Positions 9,955-19,911 are shown, numbered from the stretch's first letter. The stretch: DNA of 64,000 nucleotides from Candidatus Cloacimonadales bacterium (GCA_963665815.1 OY762463.1:3008001-3072000), one strand, 5' to 3'. Numbers and translations: made by a program. The notes: a model not told the origin generated them from the letters alone.

Positions 9955-11127
9955 ATGCACAAAATCATAGAAACAGAAAAAATCCCGATTAAGCTCTGGC
10001 TGAAGAAAATTGAGCCGGGCGCACTTCAACAGGCAAAGAATCTGGCAAACCTGCCTTTCGCGTTTCACCATGTCGCTATAATGCCGGACTCGCATCAGGG
10101 CTACGGAATGCCAATCGGTGGAGTTCTTGCCACAAAGAATGTTGTTATACCAAACGCTGTTGGGGTTGACATTGGCTGTGGTATGTGTGCTGTCAGAACT
10201 TCCTTACAGAAAATAAACAGAGCAACTCTGAAAGAGATTAGAAATGCTGTTATCAACTCTATACCGGTGGGTTTCAGTCACAATAAAGCAAAACAACGGG
10301 ACTGGTTAGATGACAGCCAAAAGAAAGAGTTGAGCGGCTCAGTTATAGAACATGAATATGAGTCTTCCTTATTTCAGATTGGTACTCTTGGAGGTGGAAA
10401 CCATTTCATTGAGATCCAGGAAGGCTCTGATGGTTATATCTGGATTATGCTGCACTCAGGAAGCAGAAATCTTGGACTGAAAGTTGCAACTTATTACAAT
10501 CGAGCTGCAAAAGATATGAATAAGAAAATGGGGTCTGATGTCCCAAAACATTTCGACCTGGCTTATCTTCCTTTGGATACCGATGATGGTTTGAGTTATA
10601 TGCGAGAGATGACATCTTGTGTAGATTTTGCATTGCAGAACAGAAAGCTGATGTTGAAAAAAATTATGGATATCTTCGCGGACCTGACATCGGAGGGTTT
10701 TTCGGAAAAACCTGAAATAATTAATATCGCCCACAATTATGCAGCTGTTGAAAATCATTTTGGCGAAGATGTAGTAGTGCATCGAAAAGGAGCAACAAAG
10801 GCTTTCAAGGATCTAAAGGGAATAATCCCGGGTTCACAGGGTTCAAAAAGTTACATTGTCAGAGGTCTGGGGAATCCCGAAAGTTTTAAGTCGTGTTCAC
10901 ATGGTGCCGGCAGGGTTATGGGAAGAAAAGAAGCTCAGAAGAAACTTGATCTTGCTTCTGAGCTTAAAAAGATGAATGATCAGAATATTATCCACGGTTT
11001 GCGATCTGTTCGAGATTTAGATGAAGCTGCCGGAGCCTACAAGGATATTGATGTTGTGATGGAAAACCAGAAAGATCTGGTTGAAATTCTTGTTGAGTTA
11101 AAACCGTTGGCAGTTGTGAAGGGGTGA
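9955..11127 (+). CDS. rtcB: RNA-splicing/repair ligase RtcB
   Basis: MPDSHQGYG, GVDIGCG, GTLGGGNHFIE, HSGSR, HNYA, HRKGAT and SCSHGAGR. GGAG at 9942 favours ATG 9955 (alternative start 9940). Confidence 0.95.
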   Translation: MHKIIETEKIPIKLWLKKIEPGALQQAKNLANLPFAFHHVAIMPDSHQGYGMPIGGVLATKNVVIPNAVGVDIGCGMCAVRTSLQKINRATLKEIRNAVINSIPVGFSHNKAKQRDWLDDSQKKELSGSVIEHEYESSLFQIGTLGGGNHFIEIQEGSDGYIWIMLHSGSRNLGLKVATYYNRAAKDMNKKMGSDVPKHFDLAYLPLDTDDGLSYMREMTSCVDFALQNRKLMLKKIMDIFADLTSEGFSEKPEIINIAHNYAAVENHFGEDVVVHRKGATKAFKDLKGIIPGSQGSKSYIVRGLGNPESFKSCSHGAGRVMGRKEAQKKLDLASELKKMNDQNIIHGLRSVRDLDEAAGAYKDIDVVMENQKDLVEILVELKPLAVVKG

Positions 11128-11145
11128 TTTTTACCTTGCTATATT

Positions 11146-12195
11146 TTAGTAGCTGTATTTAAATCCTTTAATAATTGACTCTTTTACAGTAAAGAGCAAG
11201 TCTCCGGAAAAAAAGATAGAGTCTGTGTTCTGATCCAGTGTTAATCTACAATAATACTTGTTGTCTTTAAACACATCATATTTTTTGTTCGATTTAATCC
11301 AGATATTGTTTTGGTTGTCTATGAGAATTTCTTCAATAGTATTTCTGTAGTCCACGTTCAGTTTTAGCTTTTTCCCATTGAAAGAAAAGTTATATAACTC
11401 GTCTATTTTCTTATTTCCTTCAGCATCCATTGAAACTTTATCGTAATGTCTGGAAGTCTCAGAAATTTTGCTTCCGTCTACGCTGTAAATGTCGAATTTG
11501 AATTCTTTGGAGTTGTATTCTGTTGCAACAGTCATTCTTCGATCCATTCTATAGCATAATCCGCCTTTAAACGGGTTATACTTGTCACTTAATGACTGGT
11601 TATGGGTCGCCTTAGCAATATTTTTTATCAACACCATGCTATTGTTATATAGATTAAGTTCAGTGGATTTTTCTATGCCATTTTGGGACATCATCATTTT
11701 ATATACAAATCCTGTAAATCCCATGTCAGTTTTTAGGATGTCTGTTGGGGAATAAACTTCATCAAATTTAATTTGAGTGATGTATGAACCATTCCCGGAG
11801 TATATCGAAATAGCTCGTTTGTTACTGTCCGGAACGTATAATGTATCTCTGTACACATCAAATGAATATATTTCTCCTGCAAATTCTCCGGGCCCATTTC
11901 CTTTTTTATCCAATCTGAAGAGCTCATCTCCGGCTTTATTCATTTTAGCGATTTTATTGCTGGAAGTTAACACATAAAGATCAGAATTTTTATCCATTTT
12001 AATGCATCTGACATCAGATAAAATGTCTAGTTTCGTAAGATCGATATCAAGAACTTTGTCCAGATGTAGATCCGTATTTTCCATTTGTGGTGATTTGTCG
12101 TTTTCAAAATAAGCGACCTTATCCATAAAATTCTGTTTTTCTGAACAAGCAAGCAACATTAATGCTAAAATAATCACAATACAATAATGTCTCAA
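11146..12195 (-). CDS. 6-bladed beta-propeller lipoprotein
   Basis: GGAGG RBS with TTG start, lipobox LLAC, and GNGPGEF motif typical of these propellers. Confidence 0.75.
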   Translation of the reverse strand: MRHYCIVIILALMLLACSEKQNFMDKVAYFENDKSPQMENTDLHLDKVLDIDLTKLDILSDVRCIKMDKNSDLYVLTSSNKIAKMNKAGDELFRLDKKGNGPGEFAGEIYSFDVYRDTLYVPDSNKRAISIYSGNGSYITQIKFDEVYSPTDILKTDMGFTGFVYKMMMSQNGIEKSTELNLYNNSMVLIKNIAKATHNQSLSDKYNPFKGGLCYRMDRRMTVATEYNSKEFKFDIYSVDGSKISETSRHYDKVSMDAEGNKKIDELYNFSFNGKKLKLNVDYRNTIEEILIDNQNNIWIKSNKKYDVFKDNKYYCRLTLDQNTDSIFFSGDLLFTVKESIIKGFKYSY

Positions 12196-12404
12196 TTTTC
12201 CTCCAGTAATTTATTTGAAACTAAAACAAATAATCACAAAAATAAAAATAATGTCAAATTTGTAATATTGATTTATAATAGCAATGAAAAGACAGATCAT
12301 TTAGTAAGTAAAGTTTGTGATTGAATGTAGACAAACGTAGAATGTTCTTGACTTTAATATAAAATACTACATCGTATGAACTAACTTTAGATAAGGAATG
12401 AATA

Positions 12405-14528
12405 ATGATTAACTTGATTGATGAATTGAATAACAAGCTGTCCTCGGCAATTAGAAACTCTGACGATGTTGAGCAAACAAAAATTCTTGAAATGCTGTTG
12501 GCAGAGTACAGTAAGCAGAAAAACCTTAAGAAAAGCATTGAGACATATGAATGTATGATACCTGTACTCAGAAGAAACAATTTGTTCGAGAAACTTGCTC
12601 TTAATTTGATAGATCAGGCTAATCTGCTGTTCCTTATTCCTGAGTTCAAAAAAGCCTTGGACCTTTTAGAAGAAGCTGAACCTCTTTGCGATAAAGCAGG
12701 ACGGACGGATCTTAAATCTCAGGCATATTCTGCTATGGGTAAAATCCACAACAAGCTAGGCAATATAGAAACAAGTCTCGAATATCTGTACAAATCCATG
12801 GAACTTTTCGAATGCAGCAGCAGTGATCTCCCTTTGCAAGCCAAACTGGAAAATCACAAGATTTACGCTTCATCTCTGGAAGTACTGGCAATGATAAACC
12901 ATCAGATTGGTGATGTTGACAAGGCAAGAGAGTGTATTCAGAAGGCATTGGATACATGTCTTGCTATTGATTTCAAGGCTGGTATTCTGAAGAACCTTAA
13001 TAATCTGGGAGCGGCCTGGCAGGATATTCCTGAAAAATCTCAGAACTATTATCGAGAAGCTCTCAAGATAGCTGAGAAGATGCAGAATAAGTTGATGGTA
13101 GCCGTTATCACCAGTAATATTGGCGGTTGTTACGAGGATATGGAAGAATATGATAATGCACTGGAATACTATAACAAAGCGATTGCTTTTTCATTGAGAA
13201 ACGATGTCATGAAATATCTTCCTTACTTCTATATGTATCAGGGCGATGTTTACTATAAAATCGGGAAATATGCTGCTGCTGAAACATCTTTTGAAAATTG
13301 TAAAAAACAGGCAGAAGTAAACAATATGCTGCAGGTAATTGTGGAATGCAATGAAAAGCTGTGCGAAGTCTTTAAGCAGAGAAACGATTATAAACAAGCT
13401 TATGAATGTCTGAACACAAGTTACAAAATGAGCAGAGAAATGTTTAACAACAGAATGAAGAAACAGACCGAGTCAATGGAAAATTCTCTTGCGAAAGTTA
13501 AAGCTGAACTACGTAAAACAACCAGAGAAAAATCCATAATTTCCAAGGCTCTTCGAAATGAAATGCAGATGAACTTCATTGGAGAAAGTCTGACTATCAA
13601 GAATGTTCTTAAAACTGCACTGAAAGTGGCTGATTACAGGAACTCAAACGTGATTGTTACCGGAGAAAGCGGAACAGGTAAGGAAATTATCTCCAATATT
13701 ATTCATTATGCCAGCAGCAGAAAAGATAACTTTATAATACCGGTAAATTGCAGTGCTATTCCTGTATCTTTGGCTGAAAGTGAGTTTTTCGGTCATGTTA
13801 AAGGTGCCTTTACCGGGGCTGATGAAAATAAAGACGGTTATATTCTGGAAGCAGACGGAGGAACATTATTTCTTGATGAGATAGGGGATATGCCTTTGAA
13901 ACTTCAGGCAAAGCTGTTAAGGGCAATAGAAACACAAAAGATAAGACCTGTAGGTTCAGCAAAGGATATTGATGTGGATTTCAGGGTTGTTGCAGCAACA
14001 AACAGAGATATAAATGATTTGATTCGCAGCAATAAATTCCGTGGTGATCTGTATTACAGGTTGAATACAATCGAGATAAATATTCCTCCTCTGCGAGACA
14101 GAAAAGATGATATTGAAGCATTATTGAACTATTTCGTCGGATCGTATTCCAATGCTTTCAGTAAGGTTAATCCGGTGATTGAAGACTCTGTCTTGATAAA
14201 ACTGAAGAAGTATTCATTCCCAGGGAATGTGAGAGAGCTAAAGAATATGGTTGAAAGAGCTTTTATTGTAGCTTCCGGAGATACATTGAAATCAGAGCAT
14301 TTCCCTATAATTGACTCATCTTCCGGAACACATTACCATATAACACCTTCACAAAATAGTAATACAAGTATCGCAAAAGCAAAAAGGCCTTCCGATCTCA
14401 GTTTTGCAGATATTGTAAAGGCGTTAGAAACTACCGGTAACAACAAAACTCAAGCTGCAAAAATGCTGGGAATTTCATACTCATCTCTTGCCAGAAGAAT
14501 AAAAGCTTCTTCTTCTGTTACTCCCTGA
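12405..14528 (+). CDS. Sigma54-dependent enhancer-binding protein with N-terminal TPR sensor region
   Basis: TPR repeats in the first ~340 aa, GESGTGKE, intact GAFTGA, LFLDEIG, FRGDLYYRL, FPGNVREL and a Fis-type HTH (NKTQAAKMLGIS). Confidence 0.95.
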   Translation: MINLIDELNNKLSSAIRNSDDVEQTKILEMLLAEYSKQKNLKKSIETYECMIPVLRRNNLFEKLALNLIDQANLLFLIPEFKKALDLLEEAEPLCDKAGRTDLKSQAYSAMGKIHNKLGNIETSLEYLYKSMELFECSSSDLPLQAKLENHKIYASSLEVLAMINHQIGDVDKARECIQKALDTCLAIDFKAGILKNLNNLGAAWQDIPEKSQNYYREALKIAEKMQNKLMVAVITSNIGGCYEDMEEYDNALEYYNKAIAFSLRNDVMKYLPYFYMYQGDVYYKIGKYAAAETSFENCKKQAEVNNMLQVIVECNEKLCEVFKQRNDYKQAYECLNTSYKMSREMFNNRMKKQTESMENSLAKVKAELRKTTREKSIISKALRNEMQMNFIGESLTIKNVLKTALKVADYRNSNVIVTGESGTGKEIISNIIHYASSRKDNFIIPVNCSAIPVSLAESEFFGHVKGAFTGADENKDGYILEADGGTLFLDEIGDMPLKLQAKLLRAIETQKIRPVGSAKDIDVDFRVVAATNRDINDLIRSNKFRGDLYYRLNTIEINIPPLRDRKDDIEALLNYFVGSYSNAFSKVNPVIEDSVLIKLKKYSFPGNVRELKNMVERAFIVASGDTLKSEHFPIIDSSSGTHYHITPSQNSNTSIAKAKRPSDLSFADIVKALETTGNNKTQAAKMLGISYSSLARRIKASSSVTP

Positions 14529-14649
14529 CGATAACTATCCCACCACCTTGGTAATAGTTGCTCGAAAATTTAAAAAATCTCATTGATCCTTATTTTTCAA
14601 AAAGCTACTATATTTTGCTGTTATGCAAGGCATTCATTATGTAAAACAC

Positions 14650-14720
14650 TCATTTATACACTTTGTTAAACCTACCTGTTCATTTGATCGAGTTAAGTCA
14701 AAAGAACGATCATTTGAACG
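14650..14720. promoter_or_regulatory. Putative upstream activator sequences (enhancer) for the sigma54 activator
   Basis: TCATTT at 14650, 14680 and 14710 (exact 30-bp period). Two copies extend to the dyad G(T/A)TCA-TT-TGA(T/A)C. Confidence 0.5.
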
Positions 14721-14833
14721 ACCATCATTGTCAGGTCTCAATCGAAAAGTCTTCATGCTTTTATGAATATAGAAAAGATAATCTACTGCAAATAAAATAG
14801 ATAAGAATTTAAGGATATATGATATTGTGCAAC

Positions 14834-14849
14834 TGGCACTATCAATGCT
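14834..14849 (+). promoter_or_regulatory. Sigma54 -24/-12 promoter
   Basis: TGGCACTATCAATGCT has TGGCAC and exact GG-N10-GC spacing, directly downstream of a bEBP gene. Confidence 0.75.
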
Positions 14850-14863
14850 CATACTATTTTACT

Positions 14864-15154
14864 ATGGAAAAGATAAACGTAAGGAAAACAGATTTAACAT
14901 TGTATAATCATACTGAGGATATTGTGGAGATTGGCTCGATAGTTGATCTATCCCGAAATGAACCTGCTCAGTTCTGTTTCACTCTGTGTTACACAGATGG
15001 TTCGATTGTTAATATTCTTCAGCCATACTCAATTGAAGATAAAAACAAGGCAATGAGTAAGATATCTTCTTTTCGTCAGAGGTTTATTGAGCGTTTCTGC
15101 GATGACTTTGTACTAACAGAAGAAGATGCTGATAATTATACTGACCAGCTTTAA
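14864..15154 (+). CDS. Small hypothetical protein (96 aa), probably near-leaderless
   Basis: ORF track frame 14819-15154. ATG 14864 is the first start downstream of the sigma54 promoter and has no SD sequence. Confidence 0.55.
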   Translation: MEKINVRKTDLTLYNHTEDIVEIGSIVDLSRNEPAQFCFTLCYTDGSIVNILQPYSIEDKNKAMSKISSFRQRFIERFCDDFVLTEEDADNYTDQL

Positions 15155-15190
15155 ATTAATTTTGAAAATCATAATACGGAGGAATTGAGT

Positions 15191-17815
15191 ATGAAAAAAC
15201 TCAGTCTATTTATATTTTTTTTAATATTATTAACTGTTTGCAGCCTTTCATCAGATATAGGAAGAGAAATTGAAAACTGGGCTGCCAATCAGAATCGTGA
15301 AATAACAACAGGTGATATTCAAGAGCACTTGAACAGCTCAAGAAGCACAGGAGATATTACTTATGGAAGTGACTACAGTTTCAATCTTGAAACTTATTAC
15401 AGTATAGAAACTGTTGAGATGAGTACTGATAATGCTTTTTATATATTGGAGGCATCAACGGCAGGAACAAAAATCTATAAGGGATCAATTGTGAACGGAG
15501 CGGTCTCTGTTGGCTCGGGAATATCATATAGCGTAACCAGTAACTTTACAAGTGACTATTGTACTGTCGGTAACAAGATAATTACTGTTGGCACAAGACA
15601 GGCTACACCTCAAATTACGATTGCCCACATTCTGGAAGTAGGTGAAAACTCTGTGACTACTTATGGACCATTTTCACTGAATAACGAATATAGTCATGCA
15701 TCAACAGTCAGCAAGATTGATGACAATACAGTTATGTTTACGTATAATAACAGTAATGTTGGTTATGCAAGAATAGCAACGCTTGAGAACAATACTCTCA
15801 ACTGGCAGAGCAGTACAACAATCCCGTATGGAAGAGTTACATTTCAGCATGTTGAAATGCTGAATTCTACAAAATTTGCAATTTCATTCAGATCTTATGA
15901 TACTGATTCTGAACTCGGGACAATAGCCGGAGAAATTAACGGATACAATATCTGTTGGGGAAATGTATATTCACCGGGCCCTGAAAGCGGATTAATGAAT
16001 ATAGGAATATCCAGAGCGTTTATCAGATGGACTAATGATAATCAGTATGTACTTATAGCTGGCGGTTATGAATTAGGACAGCATCCTATGTCCGCTGAAG
16101 GAGAAGTTCAGGTTATTGTGCTGGATGTAAATGGTACAGCTTTAACATATCACTCATCATTGGTGCTTGAACATCAGGATCAGTTTTATCCCTCGATAAA
16201 TTGTGTTAACCTGATAGGAGATAATCATATTCTTTGTCTCTTGCAGACATCTAATCAATCCAGAAGAATATTTTATAATCTGTTGATAAAAGGAACAGGA
16301 ATTGAAACAGGGGATTCTGAGCTGATTATGGATGAAATGAATACCAATTACATATTCATGAATAATTTACCAGGAAACGAACTGCTTTCAATATACACTA
16401 TAAATGGTGCTACACCAACCGGAAGAGCAAGGATTCTAACTATAGGACCTGCTGAAAAACCGGGAAGTGCAACTGCTGTGTTTCCATTAAATGGTGAAAC
16501 AGAGCTTCCCCGTAAAGTCACAGTGGACTGGAGATATGAGCAGGCTGGTGACGACCCGGATGGATTCAAGATTCTGGTTAATGATGCTCAAGTTGCAGAT
16601 ATAGCTTACGATACAGATCGTATTTATACTTACGCTCTGGACAATCTGGAATACAATGCGGATTATACATGGGAAGTGATACCATATAATTTTGCTGGTG
16701 ATTCTGAAACAACATCTCGATGGACATTCACTGTCATGGGTGAACCTGCCAATGCAGATGAGCTTCCTTCTGAAGTAGTGTACTTCGAAAAAGAAGATTT
16801 TTCCGGAGACAATCCTCCTGCAATAATTCTTCCTCAGATAAATCTTGGAAATGGTGATGTATCTCCTGAAGCTGATTTTCAGTATGGATCTTCAGTTAGT
16901 AATTTCAATGTGGGAATCAGAGTTCAGGATCAACCGGATAATCCATTACCTCATCCTGAAAATTGCGGTATAGCTTTCTCTGCTGATTTCCCGACAGGTA
17001 TTGAAACAACTCTGGATTTGAATTATGGTGGTGCATCAACTGCTACAGAGCTTGTTCGTTGGAACGGGGCAGCGTGGGAAGATGTAACTGCAGAATCAGG
17101 GGCTATATTCCCCGGAAACGGTGTTGTAACATTCAGCTGGATTTCTTCAACCAGAGCTGAAGAGCAGTTTGCAGTGAATGGTGGTGATGATTCCACTCTT
17201 CCGGTTGAACTGTCATCTTTTAATGCAGTGCAGATGCAGGAAGATAATATTCAGGTTGTTTGGGTAACACAATCCGAAAACAATAATCTTGGATTCAATG
17301 TACTTCGTAGTGAAATTAATGATGTAGCGGATGCAGCTAAAATAAATGGTGATGTTATCCCCGGGTGTAATTCCTCATCAGAAAAAACATATGATTTTAT
17401 TGATCAGGATGTGGAGTACGAGCAGAGATATTTCTACTGGCTGGAATCGATTGATTTGAATAATAACAGCAAATATTTTGGTCCGGTAGATATTACAATA
17501 GAAAGAGAAAAAGATGAGGATACTGCTGAAGATTTCTATCGCCTCGGTATTCAGGCAATATATCCAAATCCGTTCAATCCCACAACAAACATCAATTACA
17601 GTATTAAGGATGAAGGATTAGTAGAGATTTCTGTATTTAACCTTAAAGGGCAAAAAGTGAAGACACTTGTCAGCAAAGTCTCTGATGCAGGAGACTTCTC
17701 AATAAGCTGGCATGGAGATACTGATAACGGTGAAGATACTTCTTCCGGAGTTTATTTCATAAGAATGAACACAGTAAATCATATAGAAACCAGAAAAGTA
17801 TTGATGATTAAGTAA
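15191..17815 (+). CDS. Secreted protein with FN3-like domain, LPVELSSF motif and T9SS-type/FlgD Ig C-terminal sorting domain
   Basis: GGAGG RBS, signal peptide, TLPVELSSF, and YPNPFNPTTNI...FNLKGQKVKTL...SGVYF...KVLMIK. Confidence 0.85.
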   Translation: MKKLSLFIFFLILLTVCSLSSDIGREIENWAANQNREITTGDIQEHLNSSRSTGDITYGSDYSFNLETYYSIETVEMSTDNAFYILEASTAGTKIYKGSIVNGAVSVGSGISYSVTSNFTSDYCTVGNKIITVGTRQATPQITIAHILEVGENSVTTYGPFSLNNEYSHASTVSKIDDNTVMFTYNNSNVGYARIATLENNTLNWQSSTTIPYGRVTFQHVEMLNSTKFAISFRSYDTDSELGTIAGEINGYNICWGNVYSPGPESGLMNIGISRAFIRWTNDNQYVLIAGGYELGQHPMSAEGEVQVIVLDVNGTALTYHSSLVLEHQDQFYPSINCVNLIGDNHILCLLQTSNQSRRIFYNLLIKGTGIETGDSELIMDEMNTNYIFMNNLPGNELLSIYTINGATPTGRARILTIGPAEKPGSATAVFPLNGETELPRKVTVDWRYEQAGDDPDGFKILVNDAQVADIAYDTDRIYTYALDNLEYNADYTWEVIPYNFAGDSETTSRWTFTVMGEPANADELPSEVVYFEKEDFSGDNPPAIILPQINLGNGDVSPEADFQYGSSVSNFNVGIRVQDQPDNPLPHPENCGIAFSADFPTGIETTLDLNYGGASTATELVRWNGAAWEDVTAESGAIFPGNGVVTFSWISSTRAEEQFAVNGGDDSTLPVELSSFNAVQMQEDNIQVVWVTQSENNNLGFNVLRSEINDVADAAKINGDVIPGCNSSSEKTYDFIDQDVEYEQRYFYWLESIDLNNNSKYFGPVDITIEREKDEDTAEDFYRLGIQAIYPNPFNPTTNINYSIKDEGLVEISVFNLKGQKVKTLVSKVSDAGDFSISWHGDTDNGEDTSSGVYFIRMNTVNHIETRKVLMIK

Positions 17816-17834
17816 TCATAAACAGGAAAGTAAT

Positions 17835-18248
17835 ATGCATCGTAATTTACAGAGGGAAAAGGTATTCATAAGTATATGTACAGATATGTATACCGGAATC
17901 GTATTGTCAATTGTAAATGACTTTGCAACAATAAATTTGAAATCGAAAATTCACGAATTTCTTTCTTATGGGAACACAACACAACAAAGCAGAATTTACT
18001 TAACCCCGTTTAATCCAGAAACCAATATTAATTTCAGTCCATTGGAAAGTAAAAAAGTGGATATATCGAATTTCAATCTCATAGTAACTGTAACCTGTAT
18101 AATTAGTTATGCAGGGGAGATGCTACATGAAGTCAGAGCTCCGGAAATCATTAACCTTGCTGTGGTGAACTTTCTTGGAAAGGTGTCACGAAAAGTACAT
18201 CCGGCATTGGCAGGAGTTCAATTTAACAGAAATGTAAAATGCTCTTGA
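17835..18248 (+). CDS. Hypothetical protein
   Basis: 137-aa ORF filling the gap before a terminator; no recognisable motif. Confidence 0.4.
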   Translation: MHRNLQREKVFISICTDMYTGIVLSIVNDFATINLKSKIHEFLSYGNTTQQSRIYLTPFNPETNINFSPLESKKVDISNFNLIVTVTCIISYAGEMLHEVRAPEIINLAVVNFLGKVSRKVHPALAGVQFNRNVKCS

Positions 18249-18275
18249 TTTAGTAAATTCTGCTGTCCCTTAGTT

Positions 18276-18304
18276 TCAAGCCTGCAGTCCTCATGCAGGC
18301 TTGA
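18276..18304. terminator. Hairpin between convergent genes, probable bidirectional terminator
   Basis: TCAAGCCTGCA-gtcctca-TGCAGGCTTGA (perfect 11-bp stem). Confidence 0.7.
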
Positions 18305-18305
18305 T

Positions 18306-18842
18306 TTACTTCTGTCTGACATACAAAAGTTTTTCTGTATTGTAGCCTCTTACTTGTATTTTATGTAGGATGTCTTTTAATGTGTTCTCGGATAGCTCAG
18401 GCGTTCTGGAAAGAATCCAGAGATAATTATCTGAACTGCTGCCTACAACTGCCCATTGATAATCATTGCCCAGTTCCAATATAAGATAATCAGCATAGAA
18501 GAATGCAAAAAAAGACACTTTCAAGTGTGACGGTTTTGCTTTATCTGGTACTTTAGCTTTACCAACAGCAATTTTCTTATCACCCGAGTTAACATTATAG
18601 CCGGAGTTAACTACTTTAATTTTTCCATCATCTCTAAGAGAATATTCTGCTGTAACTTTTTCCAGACCTTTTTCAAATTTGTTTTCATAACGGGCAATTT
18701 CATACCATTTTCCAAGGTATTTTTCAAGTGTAAGGTTGCTTACAACGGTTTTATCAATATCAGATTTGCTTTTTCTACAACCTGTAAAACTAAACAAAAC
18801 GATGATCACAATAGATAAGGTTATTTTATTGGAATTCTTCAT
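18306..18842 (-). CDS. blc: Lipocalin-family lipoprotein (Blc-like)
   Basis: Lipobox FTGC, YLGKWYEIAR, LKVSFF and YLWILSRTP. Confidence 0.9.
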   Translation of the reverse strand: MKNSNKITLSIVIIVLFSFTGCRKSKSDIDKTVVSNLTLEKYLGKWYEIARYENKFEKGLEKVTAEYSLRDDGKIKVVNSGYNVNSGDKKIAVGKAKVPDKAKPSHLKVSFFAFFYADYLILELGNDYQWAVVGSSSDNYLWILSRTPELSENTLKDILHKIQVRGYNTEKLLYVRQK

Positions 18843-18859
18843 ATTTTTTTACCTCCTAT

Positions 18860-19804
18860 TTATTTACTTGAATCAAAGCGGTTAACCAGTTCTGTTGGGA
18901 AGGGTTCAAAGAAAGTCTGAATCAGCAAGTATTCCTGATTAAACCTCAAGCTCCAGGATTTCAGTAGAGAAGTTAACGCAGATAAAGGAAGCATGTCTTT
19001 CTTGTACAAATCAGTTTGAGACAGAAAGTGCGATTTCTCTTTTGTTGTAAGATACTTTGAGAAATAACCAAAAATATGTTGCAGGACATTGATAATGGAG
19101 CCTGTTCTTGGCTTTTTCCGCATGATAGCATGCAAAACATGTTTATAATCGTTAAATACCTGTAGGATAGGTTTCTTATTATGGTTAGCAACGATTTTAC
19201 CTGCTGACTTCAGTTGTGTCTGATTATATCCCATGAACAGGTATTTGTTTGCAGAATGGAACTGTACCAGGCTTTTCATATCAGTTGATAGATTATCGAA
19301 AGCTGCAAGAGTGAACAGCTTTGTGAGAAAGTGTTCTCTGATTTGAAGATTTGTTAATCTTCCTTCATCTTCTACAGCCAGATGTGGAAATCTATCCAGA
19401 ACAGCTTCACCGAATATCCCTTTCGATTTACGGCTGATGGCAACAGCTTTTCCTGTCTTATTGTATAGTTTGACTTCTCTTGCACCGCATGAGGGAGATC
19501 GGCTTTTGAGTATAAATCCGTGTACATTTACTAAACCGGATAAGAACTCTTCAGAATATTCTGTTAACTGTTTTGTAAAATCGTCTCCGTTTTTTGAGTC
19601 GACTAATTTTGTCCCAGAATCGGTCTTAATTAATCTTAATGCATTTCTTGGGGCAGGAAGACCAATTTCCATTTCCGGGCACACGGGAATAAAATCAACA
19701 AAGTCCTTCAGCATTTTTACAATTCTGCTGGTAATCATTGATCCGTCATATCTACAGGATTCAAATTCTATACATTTACTTATCACAATCTTTGGTTTAA
19801 TCAT
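18860..19804 (-). CDS. DUF523/DUF1722 (YbgA-like) protein
   Basis: Likely start MIKPKIVISKC; CRYDG, PVCPEMEIGL, LKSRSPSCG, EDEGRL and HIFGYF motifs. Confidence 0.9.
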   Translation of the reverse strand: MIKPKIVISKCIEFESCRYDGSMITSRIVKMLKDFVDFIPVCPEMEIGLPAPRNALRLIKTDSGTKLVDSKNGDDFTKQLTEYSEEFLSGLVNVHGFILKSRSPSCGAREVKLYNKTGKAVAISRKSKGIFGEAVLDRFPHLAVEDEGRLTNLQIREHFLTKLFTLAAFDNLSTDMKSLVQFHSANKYLFMGYNQTQLKSAGKIVANHNKKPILQVFNDYKHVLHAIMRKKPRTGSIINVLQHIFGYFSKYLTTKEKSHFLSQTDLYKKDMLPLSALTSLLKSWSLRFNQEYLLIQTFFEPFPTELVNRFDSSK

Positions 19805-19911
19805 TATTCTGCCTTTATTCTCTTCTTCTAGTAAAGAATATACTCGGATAGAGTGATTGTGAAAACAAAAAAAAGCCTGTGCTTCATCTGAACAAAATTT
19901 GATGATGAAAC

